From NCBI GenBank assembly GCA_964187785.1, contig OZ076414.1:53382001-53446000 (forward strand): DNA of 64,000 bases. Reading direction: 5' to 3'. Under the pieces are notes generated by a model. That model ran no database searches. It worked only from the letters and a program-made list of their open reading frames with translations, and was not told the origin of the DNA. Made by a program: the position numbers and the translations under genes. The stretch is from Amphiscolops sp. MND2022. Taxonomy: Eukaryota. Shown here piece after piece: positions 46,382 through 56,715 of this stretch. Within the stretch, counting starts at the first letter, position 1. Every line of letters begins with the position of its first letter.

Positions 46382-47404
46382 TTTCCAAACCTAAAAAACG
46401 ACGATAGTGAGACAGGTTGAACAATATGTAACAAATACCGAAAAGTTACGTTTCAGGAAGACTTTTTCTCCCCCTCTCAAATGACATATTTGATGATGTA
46501 ACTTTCTTCCTACTATCACTACTAAAAGACTTTATTCCTTTTGATTTTAGGAATATCAAATCAGAACCGATGGAACTATGTCAAATTACTAGCAATCCAC
46601 TAAAACTTACGGAACTATACGGTCCGAGACCTATCGGTTAAATTACGAAATGGTTTTTACAAGTGTTGTATCATGGCGAATGTAAAGTTATATAGGGGAC
46701 CTCTGTTTTTGAGAAAACCCAATCTGTGCTAGAAAGATCGCAAGTCGAGAAGTCACTATTGGGTCTCCGTTATAACCTTATTCAACAGGGCTTTGATAAA
46801 AAGTCATTCCGCATCAGAAATCTCACTCTCGTTTACAATGCTGTCAGAACTGATCCCAATGCATCAATCTCAGTTGATAAAGGTCAATGTCAATGACTAA
46901 ATCAAGCCTAATTGTTGTGAAAGACTTGTTAAATAGCTTCAGAGATGGCAATGACAACATCTCAGACGCTGTTTTGTTGGTTTTCGCTTGGGCTGAAAGA
47001 TCTATCACAACCCGGTGAGATAATTCCATTTGTATTTAATTTAATCAATTTGAGGCTCAGCGTGGGTGGGCGGAAATAGTTCGAAGGAACGGGATCGAAA
47101 ATCAGAGTTAGTCCTCAGGTCGACAATACCAAATTTTTGAATGGGATCGAAACAACTCGGATCGAAATTTTTATAACGTAGTCAGATATGTTCACATACC
47201 CCTAGTGCCCTGAATGCAGGAGCGAAGCGAAGCGGAGCGACGTGCCATATGGCCATGCCTCAATGTTGCTACTTGGCGAAGGGAGCGAAGCGACCGACCC
47301 ATACAACAAATACGATAAAATTCGACCGCATTCCATTCGATCCCTGTCATTCGATCAAAAGGTTCGACCTCAGTCCTTTCGACCAGAAAAATTCGACCTA
47401 TTTA

Positions 47405-48125
47405 TGTAACGTCCGGCTAGCGGCGCACATCCCGGAAGTGGGACAATGCCTAGGGTGCTTAAACAGGAGACCGTTGTCTTACTACACTCCTAGACACTGG
47501 CTTTTCTCCCAAAATGGTCTCCATGGGGGACTTTTCTAACGTCTAAGGAGACTCCTCTAGTTAGAGCTCCGAGGCGACGCGCCGGCACTCTCAAAGTCCG
47601 GACACGCCCCACAAGCCTGTAAAAACGTTCCTACATAATTCTAAGTCTTCCTACGACTTCCTACATACTTCCGAGGTCCAAAAAATGTTTATCCAAAAAA
47701 TACCATTTTGACAGTTAGGTATATGAAATGCTGACCTAGAAGGTCTGGCATAAGCTAAACAGAAGAATATATTACGAATCAACAAATTAAGGGGGACGAG
47801 CCCCAAAAGGGAGTACAGTTACTGTTTGTAGGTTTTCGGGAATCCAGTCATGTCCTTCTGGAACGGTTTTGCATTCTCTCCCAGAGGGATGGCACAACAC
47901 CGGGTAGCATTCGTCACTTTCGGCACTATGCGAGTCTTCATGTCAATAGTCGCTCTGCTTTCTGGTTCCTTTTCTTCCTTGCTCTTTTTTCGGGCGTTCT
48001 CTCTCTTCTTTTTGTTTCTTTTTTGGTTTCAACGACCTGCCAGGTCGGCCATTTTGATTCGCACACTTTCTGGTTGTTGATCGAATTTTTCATCAAAAAT
48101 TTGGTGCTGACTGGTGGACGTTACA
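47405..48125 (-). repeat. 3' LTR (721 bp)
   Basis: TGTAACG...CGTTACA; about 5 substitutions versus 59444-60164 by manual comparison. Confidence 0.97.
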
Positions 48126-48133
48126 TCCTCCCC
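48126..48133 (-). promoter_or_regulatory. Polypurine tract
   Basis: Minus-strand GGGGAGGA immediately precedes the TG of the 3' LTR. Confidence 0.6.
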
Positions 48134-48908
48134 GGGCCGTAGTTTGTCGTCCTCGGCAAACGAGAGGATGTACGCACCCAAAGGGTACTCTGAGATTTAC
48201 ACAAAAAAAATCTTACTTCAGAGCTGAATTAAATTGATCTCACATTGCTATTCTTTTCGTTTCGTTACTGCATGTTTAGCATTCCAAAGCCATCAAATTC
48301 AAAAAGCACTAGTTTCAAGGTTAAAAACTCTACAGTCGGCTCTTAAAAAAAGAAGCTTTTTCATTAATCACTCAGTCCAAGTTAAAATTTCTTTTTCTAA
48401 AATTGGGCCCCTGCGCGGCCAGGCGAGTAACAACAGCTTTTGGGCTTAGTAGAAGTTTTAAATTCAAATCAAAACGGGAGGGTACCGAACCGGGACCCGC
48501 CCAGAGGATAGAGCGATATCGTATTGTTGCATTGGTAGCATAATAAAGTAAATATCAAACAAAAATTCTGGAATCAAACTTCATTGCACCGAAAGTTTTC
48601 AGCACCAGTGAGATAACGTAGCATAACTAAAACTAAAAGTTTGCACCAATGTTTTGACGATAAGATCTTCTGTGTTTTACAGCATTCCAGTGGTGTTGGA
48701 GGGTCCAGAGGACTCCTTTATCCCAACAGCTGATCTTGTGGGGCTATCTGCGTGGAAGTGCTGGCCATGGTGTTTACTGCATTTTGGACGGCCGAGTCGG
48801 GCGCCTCGGAGGGGGGCGATGATTCCTCATCCATAGTCAGTAGGTTGTTAAGCTCCGACTCTATGTCCGCCGCCTCCATGTTTGAGATACTAGTCTCCGC
48901 TTCGTCTC

Positions 48909-51900
48909 TTACAGGGGTAGCGGCATCAGAGAGATTTCGTCTTGTACCCCTTCCATCAATGACTCATCGGTGTCTTGAGTAAGGTAGGATGTGGGAGGGA
49001 CGGTCTGGGGGCTGCCAGAGGCAGCTTCGCCCAACCCGCTAGTTCCCGGGATAGCTTCGGTTGGCTCTAGGTTTGGCAGTCCGTCCGCCAGTTCTTGATG
49101 ACCATGCTGGGTGAATAGCTGCTTAAATGTTAGTATTCCCCTAGCGTACTGTTCGCCTACAGCTCGAGTCTGTTCTCGCTGGAGACCATGCAGGCGCACG
49201 AATATCTCTAGCGCAATGCGCGGGTTACTGGGAACGTCTTTGCTCACGGGCAGGTCCTTTCTGTTGGGTTCTCTCGCTACAGTTGGAACAGTTGTTAGCA
49301 GCTGTTGAAATGTCTGGTGGATGGCGAGGTCTACGAGTTCCGGCTGGGCCCAGCACGTGATGGTGTTTAGAATTCTGGCGGTATGATCACGGGGCTCCGC
49401 TCTTGCACAGTACATTCTGGAAGTGTCGCATGCATAGGGATATAACAACCCAGTGGGCTCTTCTCCTTTCCGGCGACCACCCAATCTTTGGATAATTGTA
49501 CTCAAGATGCGCAAGACAACTGGCACGTCCCATCCATCAAAAGTTGCCACTGTTCCATTGTTTGGGTTAAGGGGGCATGTAGCCAAGCGACCGGGTGGAT
49601 TTCCATTGGCAGTGGGAGCGAGCTGCGTGCTCGCGCTTTGATCATCATCAGGTAGTTATGCTCCACCTGTTGGCGGTCCTTGTTTATGGTGTATGCCATG
49701 GGAGGTCGTAAGTTGGCGAAGTTACGTATTATTGATTGATAGGTGGGACCCTGAAGGGGCCCATTGGAGGTCACGAAGTGCAGAATTGAGAGCGATGGGG
49801 CTACTGCAGCCACTCGCAAGGCCTGCGTTGGATACCGCAAGGCCATAACTGCGCCGAAAATGGGCCAGATTATAGGAGCAATGAATGGGATCAAGTCCTC
49901 AGTTTCCACGAGCATCAATGTTGCCATTTGTGTCGGGAGCAGGAACCCTGGAAGTTGACTGGGGTCTCGGTTGATGGCCGGGCACTCATCCAGAGGATGC
50001 ATGATGCCAGAAACATTGACCCAGGTGGAATAAATCCATATCAGGAGAGCTTGAATGTTTAAATCTAGTTGCGCTTTCAATTTCAAGGAACCCACCGGGT
50101 CCAGAGTTTCAATGAGCGCATATATCCAGCTCCTTTGATCTTGCGAAAAGATCAAGAAGCTGAACAGGGCTGAGCCTCCTTTGTTAAGCACGAGTTTTTG
50201 TATGAGGGATGACGGTCCTCGGTACATCATAGTCAACCCCACGGCCATCAAGTATGCTAGCATTTCGCTGATGGTGGCTCTTTCCATGGCATCCATGTAC
50301 AAGCGCATCCGTTGCTCATCTAGGCCGTACTCGGCCTGTACTAGGGAGGGAAGCCAGAAGGGAGAGATGTTGTGAAGGAATACAGGAAACGGTATGCCTA
50401 GTCTCTCCGCGACTTGGCTTAGAGGTTCCCGCAGTTGGTCGTGCCATGTTCGGTACGTGTGTGTTGGCTCTCGAGTATTCCTTCGTACTATATCTTGGGC
50501 CAGTATTGACAACATGGCTAAGGTAGGTGATTTTAGTCCAGGTGCAGCGTCCACCGTTACTTGCGCTATAGGGAAGATGGACGAGTTCTTCCTATCGCTT
50601 TGAATCGTTTCAGTTTTCTTCATCAGGCTCGTGAGTTCTTTGTGGAACTTGGGTTCGTGCGTCTTTTCATCCAGGGTGGATTCATCTCGGCGTTCAAACC
50701 AGAGGTTATCCACCAGGTTATCACGCTCATTTTCGTTTGGATCATTTAATATCCTGTCTCCGCGCTCGCTCATCGATCGACGGGCCATTTCCATGCCATA
50801 GTCGAATGCTGTGGCCTCATCTATTATCATTTGGGAATTGCCGCGGTAACCAACGTATGACTGGAGGGCCTTGGAGACTTCGGCGATGAAGGCCGGGTAC
50901 GAAGCTTCGCAGGGACGCCAACTGTTGTTATTGATGCGTAGGTTGGACGCCACGATGTAGAAAGGCAGATCTCTTGCATATGCGGCCTCCGTCACTAAGT
51001 ACAAGAATTGTTGAAGGGTCCGGGGAAGGTATACGTAGCCTGGAGGTGACATGAACACTGTCCCAGTGGTGGCTTTCTTTCTGCGCATGGCTTGGACAAT
51101 GTTGGCCATGGTCTCTACATAGTTAGTTACCTCGTCAGTGACGAACCCCTCGGTGAACCCCTCATGGTCCGGCCGGAAGAATTTCAGGGTGCCCCGCAGA
51201 GCGAGGTGGTCTATTACGTTCGAATATACCAACAACGGAGGAAGTGGGATGGTTTCTGTTCCCGCTTGGGTGAACATTTTGTCAGTCACTTCGGCCATCT
51301 CGTTCAGCGTGGTACAAGGCATATTTAGTATTCTTACATCCATGAGGGTGTTGTGGGAATTGAAGGAAGACTTCATCGTCGAGTCGACGAAGAAGGCTAT
51401 CCTAGTTTTCTGTAGGAGGTCCTTTCCCATGGGCAAGATTGTAACAGGGTCCCGTGCATAGTTCTTGGTTCGCAGGCGGTCTTCGTCAAAGCGGCCAGGG
51501 CGCTGTCGGAGGAAGCTGTCAGGAACACGCATGTACGTTGAGTTTACTCTCTCTAGTTCTGCCCGCATGCGGTTAAACCATGGGGGGCATCCGTCTCGAG
51601 TGAACACGGGTTTCTTGACGGGGCGATTGTAGAGTACTCCCACTGTGGCTTTCTCTATTTTCTGCCTTGTGGCGAGGTCCCCTGTTCCAGTAGCGACCTC
51701 GAACTTCTGTCGTAGTGGGTCTTCTGATGACGTCGTGGTTGGCACTTCCCGCTGGAGACGCAGTGCGTCGCGTGCAGTGATATCCAGCTGCCGTTTTTCT
51801 GCATGTGTTAGGAGCTCGCGCATTACTCTCGGTCTCCTGGTCTCTGGTCGTGTGGGCGATGCCGAGGGGGGTTGCGGGGTAGTGGTCGAGCTCGATTGCC

Positions 51901-52783
51901 CAGCCTGCTCGGCCGCCTCTCTAGCTCGCTTTCCAGCGTTAATCTTCTCCCGGAGGTCTACCACGGTGCTGGCCGCCTTGCTCTCAGCTTTCTGCTGTTC
52001 TCGTTGGCGTTCTCGCAATTGTGGGTCCATCTGGAAGCCTACTAGGCTGGTTGGTTCCGAGACTTGTGGTGGTTCGGCTCTGGAGGACGTTTGGATCAAT
52101 TCTTCATAAGAGTCCTTGAACGTCACTGTTCTCGCGGGGCGGCTCTCTCTGGGCTGTTCCTCGCTCAGGGTGGTGTTTGTTGTGTTACCTACTTGCACCC
52201 CTCCCCCCTGAAAGGCAGATGGAAGCATGAAGTTGGATGTCTGGGTTGTGAGCAGTCGGATGCCGTCCGATGCCAGAGGCATGGGCGGTGTTAGGACTGG
52301 GGGTGGCACCATTGGCAGTGTGCAGCTGAATTGTACAGGGTGTGGTGAGGGCAACTGGGTTGTAGTTGGTGTCTGCAACACCGATTGTGAAATGCGCAGT
52401 GATCGCTCCTGGTCCATGGGGGGCCTAGTAGGCTCTCCAAAGACTATGTGGGAGCGGGGATCTATCAGGCTATGGGTCAAGTCGTACCCGTGCCAGGCAC
52501 CGTCGCGAAAGGTGGCAGAGCGCTCTATCGGGCCGACCCGGCTGGTGATGGTGAGGCTGACATCGGAGTACGCCGCCTGGGCTTGGATTTGGGCGATGAT
52601 CATGGCAAAGCCAGCGATCATTGTGGGTGTCGCTCCGTTTAGTAGAGTGTCTTGAACAAGAGCTAGTTGGTCGACTCGACCATCTATTTCGCTCGTCATT
52701 GGAGGTGCATCGCTCCTTGTGGTTTGTTGGGCACGCGCAGCGTTTTGGGGTGCAGGCAGGCGGTTTCGCGCAGATGCGTCCAT
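48909..52783 (-). CDS. Env-position ORF with central SGNH-like domain; 48909-49586 is a probable frameshifted continuation
   Basis: ATG at 52783 after a strong TTTTTCAG acceptor (52889); Pro/Thr-rich N-terminus and coiled coil; IAFFVDS / NMPCTTL / LLVYSNVIDHL / VFMSPPGY strand pattern; hydrophobic helical C-terminus. Confidence 0.6.
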
Positions 52784-53115
52784 TGGAAATGATGATAAAG
52801 GAGTGTTTAGCACCGAAGATTGTGATGGCAAGACTGATTTGGTGTGATAACTGGGGAAGCCGCGCAGAGGCGAAGCAACAGGACAAAACTGAAAAACAGG
52901 TCACAGTTGGAGTTAAAATGTCACGTAAACTGATGGTCACTCAAACTTTTGGGACGAACACACAAAATATAAGGCTAAAAAGTTCATGTGGTTATTTACT
53001 AAAATTTGCACTCACCGGTGCATTATTGTTAAAACCTAAAGTGCTTTCCTAGTTACAAAAAGGCAATACAAAAGGCCAGTGGCCTGGTTTGCCAAGAAGA
53101 GAACGAAACGTGTTC

Positions 53116-53640
53116 CTAACTACCGCCAAAATCGACTGACGTCACCGATGCTATCGAGACATAGACGCGATCGTGCAAGATTATCGCAATATTCTGGTCT
53201 GCAAAGTGATCGCGTAGCGTGGCGTACCAGGCTGGTAGGAGGTTCATCGACCGCTCGGGATCATATATGGGCAAGTGGATTCTGTTAATTTGGTTTCGAT
53301 GGAGCTGGAGTATCAAATTCGTCAAGCAGGCATGGAGTACTTCATGTAAGAGTGGGTGTTTATTCGATGCTCGGGTACATAGAAGGAAAATTTCGTTATT
53401 CCAAGGTGCAGTTGGCGAGCGGACTAAACGAATTGCGGTGCCGACTGCCGGCCTCAGGTGAAATATGTTTTCCTGACCGTATTCGCGAATAACATAACGG
53501 GTGGTGGCAGAGTAGGAGAGCAAATCTGCCGGGCAACACAGTATCACAGTGCCAGGGGCCTGCAGGATATCTGTATTGGCATAAGTTATCCAAGGTAGGT
53601 AGTTTGGTCTGGTCTTGGGCTGGGTTATGAGCTATTTACC
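53116..53640 (-). CDS. Macrodomain-like (OARD1/TARG1/Poa1p-type) module, separated from the integrase ORF by a stop and frameshift
   Basis: The frame extends upstream of the called ORF: ITYANTDILQAPGTVILCCPADLL...IFLLCTR...LHACLTNL...IHLP...W..LRDHF...IILHD, matching the macro fold pattern. Confidence 0.7.
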
Positions 53641-53706
53641 AGTAGTATTGCTCTGGTCACCATCAGGTTGGGGTGCTAGGTGCTGTAAGATCGCTTTGCG
53701 GTCCTC

Positions 53707-56700
53707 TCAGACGGTGCGGCGTAGCGGTCTACCTCCCATGTTGGTGGATGACCAATCGTGTGCTATGGAGAGTGCTTCGTTGACCGTGACAGGTTTTTCC
53801 GGTGTATAAGATTGTCGGTCCAAGAAGTATATCTTCGCCTGTCGGCAGAAGATGACCGCAATCAATTGTAGCCAATGTTGGCTCAGGAACTTGCCGCGAT
53901 AGACGTCGGCCAGGTGGAAACAGAGTGTATTCTCAGGTTCCGTTACAGTGCGCAAGCTCTCTAAGCACATCAATAGCGTTGTGGGAGACACCAACGTCGT
54001 TGCGTCGAGAGAGGTGACGAGTAGCCACCATCCTTTGGTGGGCTGGTATATGTCTCCCGGCGGGGAGGCAATGCCGTATTTCTCCCACAGTTGGTGTGCG
54101 GTGATACAGCGAACCATTTCTGGGCTGCTGTCCTTTTCCGCTAGCTCGCCGAACGTTATTGAGGCTGGCAAGGGCGGTATGATGGCATGGAGAGTGAACT
54201 CCAGACCGCTTCGGAGGGGTGGTGTCCACTCCTTGAATCGGTAAGTGGGGCAGTCGGAGGGAGATGTCGTGTGCATTGCTCTGAGCGTTTCTTCCAGCGG
54301 TGGTATCACTTCTCGCTCTACGCTAGTGAATGTTTTCTCTACCGTGATGACTAGGTGGTGTACCAGCGGAGGGGTCTCAACTTTTTCTCGCTGGGCTTTC
54401 ACGGTCAGGATCTCGTGTTGTGGATGATATGGTGCCCTGGCTATTGAGAATTCTCTTGCAGGGATAACCGCTCCCCGGGCCAATCGGTGGTCCGGCGAAT
54501 CGCAGGCCAGTCGCTTGACGCAAGTACAGTTACGGGAACCACAGGTTCCACACTTATACCGCGGTGCTCTATTAGCTCGCAGTTGATATCGTGATGTTTG
54601 CGACGACGGTCCTATCTCAGAGTTCCGGTTTTCCGGTGGTGATTGGGTCTCGGGTATCTCTGGTAGTGTCATGGCTCGGTCCAGTATTCGAGGGGGTGCT
54701 CGAGTGCTTACCCTTGTCTTAGGGCCTCTTCTGGGTCGCGTGGTTTGTGTTCGCGAAGATGTGGTGGTCTTACTGGATGGCATGGCGCGGGGTCGTCCTC
54801 GACCTGGTGGTCGGCCTCGAGGCCTTCCTCTGCGGTTGGTGGTATCGGGATGTGTTGAGCACTGGACTGGACTTTGATGGACCATCTCTTCCTCTCCCTC
54901 GATTCCTGACGGTGGTTTTGTTTCCACTGGACTGATTGAGTTCTCCGATCGGGGGCCGAACAGGGGAAAGTTGCTTAGGGTATCTGTCAGAGACGGATTA
55001 GATAGTAGTGGGGCCGAGGTCCCTGAGGGGGATGATATCAGACTAGGAGGTGCGGCTGGCTGAACTTCCTCCTGGTCGGAGTACAGTGGCTCTAGGTCGT
55101 CTAGGTCGGGGAACACTGCTGGCGATGCTGGGTTCTGGACTGTCGGTTCATTCTCTTCCCTTTCTGAGTCCGAGTCGGAGGGATATCCGAAGTGACTGAA
55201 TCTTCTTCGGGGTATTCCTTGCTCGAGGGCCGTTTGCGTACGAGTCTGAATGGTACGGGGTGGGACCGATCCTGTCGGTTCCATTTCGAACGACGCTTCC
55301 GGAAGTTGTTCTGGTAGGAAGGAGTCTCGAGAGATGTCCGACGTTATCTCTTCGTTGCTTTCCTCCACGTACGGATCGGCAATGATGGCTACATTCTGGT
55401 CCAGCCCAAAGGGTTGGTGTGCAGCCCAGTCCCAGGGGGCGGGCACGTGTCTTTTCAATCTTTCGTAATGGACCTTTTGACCGGTGTCTAGCACATATAG
55501 TCGTCCGTCCTGCAACACATCAGTCACCTTGTGGGGTCCACGCCATGCGCGAATCAGCTTGCGGGTGCCACCCTTAGGTATGATATGGCAGAACACCCAC
55601 ACCGCATCGCCTACGGCGTGCGCTTTGGCCTTGAGGTGGCGGTCAAACTTTAGCTTTTGCCTTAGCTGTGCTTGGTGTGTGTTTCTTCTAACTAGTTCGT
55701 GGATTTCTTGTTGCCTGGCCAGAAGGTGTTCTACGAATTCTTCTTTGGAGTCGAATCCTCGCGCAGCAAATTCCGGGTAGATGAATGATAAGGGAATGGA
55801 CTTTTCGGCTCCATGTTGGAGCATGTAGGGAGAGAATCCCGTGGTGGCGTGCCTAGTTGAGTTGTAGGCACCAAGGATTCCATCGATGTGCTCGTCCCAA
55901 TCCTGCATTCGCCGCGACGTGTAGACTCGGAGCAACGTAAGCAGTGTTCGGTTTTGTCTCTCCACAAGACCATTTCCTCGGGGATGCGCCGGTGTGGATG
56001 TCACCTTTGTCACCTGTGACGCCTTCATTAACTCCTGCGCGATTTCAGCTGTGAAATTCGTGGCATTATCCGATTGCATACGGGCTGGAGTGCCGTGCCT
56101 GGCAAACCATTTATTGAGGATAATCTTGGCAGTGGTTTGGGCATCATATTCATCGTGGGCACAGGGGATAGCCTCGGCGAATTTCGTGAAGTGGTCTATT
56201 ATGACCAAGAGACCGGTGTTACCCGACTCGGTTTTGCACAGTTTCAGATGGTCAAATTGCACTAGGTCGTTGAAGTTGCTGCTGTTGATGTTCTGCAGGG
56301 GGTAGCAGGGGTTTCCGGCAGGGTGTTTGGTTTGCTGGCAGGTTAGGCAGTGCTTGATGTGATTGACTATGTCACGCTTGATGCCCGGCCAAGTGTGTCG
56401 CTCTTGTACTCTTGCTAGCACCTTCCCTACACCCTGATGTCCCGATTCGTCGTGCGCCCTATACAAGATCTCGTGTTGGTATAGTTGGGGCATGACTATC
56501 ATGCACGGTCGCACGTGCAGCGCACGCTGTTGCGGAACGTAGTTGACGCAGAGGATGTCGTCCGGATTCAGGAAGAGCAGGTCTTTCTTTTGGTGGAAGT
56601 AGCGCCGCGCGAAGTCCTGCACGTCTTCGGGGAATATGGCGTCCTCCAATGGTTCGCCTTTCATGAGTTTTCTCAGCAAAAAAAAAATTTTTTTTTTAGT

Positions 56701-56715
56701 TTTTTTTGTGATCAC
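53707..56715 (-). CDS. LTR retrotransposon integrase with long C-terminal extension
   Basis: HHCC finger (AHDESGHQG...CLTC), DDE (QFDH, QSDNA, LVER), WRGPHKV, AT-hook-like RGRPRGRP-GRGRP, CGTCGSRNCTC, and a degenerate macro-like C-terminus. The N-terminus starts at an A/T homopolymer junction. Confidence 0.93.
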   Translation of the reverse strand: MITKKTKKKIFFLLRKLMKGEPLEDAIFPEDVQDFARRYFHQKKDLLFLNPDDILCVNYVPQQRALHVRPCMIVMPQLYQHEILYRAHDESGHQGVGKVLARVQERHTWPGIKRDIVNHIKHCLTCQQTKHPAGNPCYPLQNINSSNFNDLVQFDHLKLCKTESGNTGLLVIIDHFTKFAEAIPCAHDEYDAQTTAKIILNKWFARHGTPARMQSDNATNFTAEIAQELMKASQVTKVTSTPAHPRGNGLVERQNRTLLTLLRVYTSRRMQDWDEHIDGILGAYNSTRHATTGFSPYMLQHGAEKSIPLSFIYPEFAARGFDSKEEFVEHLLARQQEIHELVRRNTHQAQLRQKLKFDRHLKAKAHAVGDAVWVFCHIIPKGGTRKLIRAWRGPHKVTDVLQDGRLYVLDTGQKVHYERLKRHVPAPWDWAAHQPFGLDQNVAIIADPYVEESNEEITSDISRDSFLPEQLPEASFEMEPTGSVPPRTIQTRTQTALEQGIPRRRFSHFGYPSDSDSEREENEPTVQNPASPAVFPDLDDLEPLYSDQEEVQPAAPPSLISSPSGTSAPLLSNPSLTDTLSNFPLFGPRSENSISPVETKPPSGIEGEEEMVHQSPVQCSTHPDTTNRRGRPRGRPPGRGRPRAMPSSKTTTSSRTQTTRPRRGPKTRVSTRAPPRILDRAMTLPEIPETQSPPENRNSEIGPSSQTSRYQLRANRAPRYKCGTCGSRNCTCVKRLACDSPDHRLARGAVIPAREFSIARAPYHPQHEILTVKAQREKVETPPLVHHLVITVEKTFTSVEREVIPPLEETLRAMHTTSPSDCPTYRFKEWTPPLRSGLEFTLHAIIPPLPASITFGELAEKDSSPEMVRCITAHQLWEKYGIASPPGDIYQPTKGWWLLVTSLDATTLVSPTTLLMCLESLRTVTEPENTLCFHLADVYRGKFLSQHWLQLIAVIFCRQAKIYFLDRQSYTPEKPVTVNEALSIAHDWSSTNMGGRPLRRTV

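Noticed and set aside
47850-48080. 76-aa ORF duplicated at 59889-60119
   Set aside because: It lies within the LTRs, which explains the duplication; no recognisable motif.
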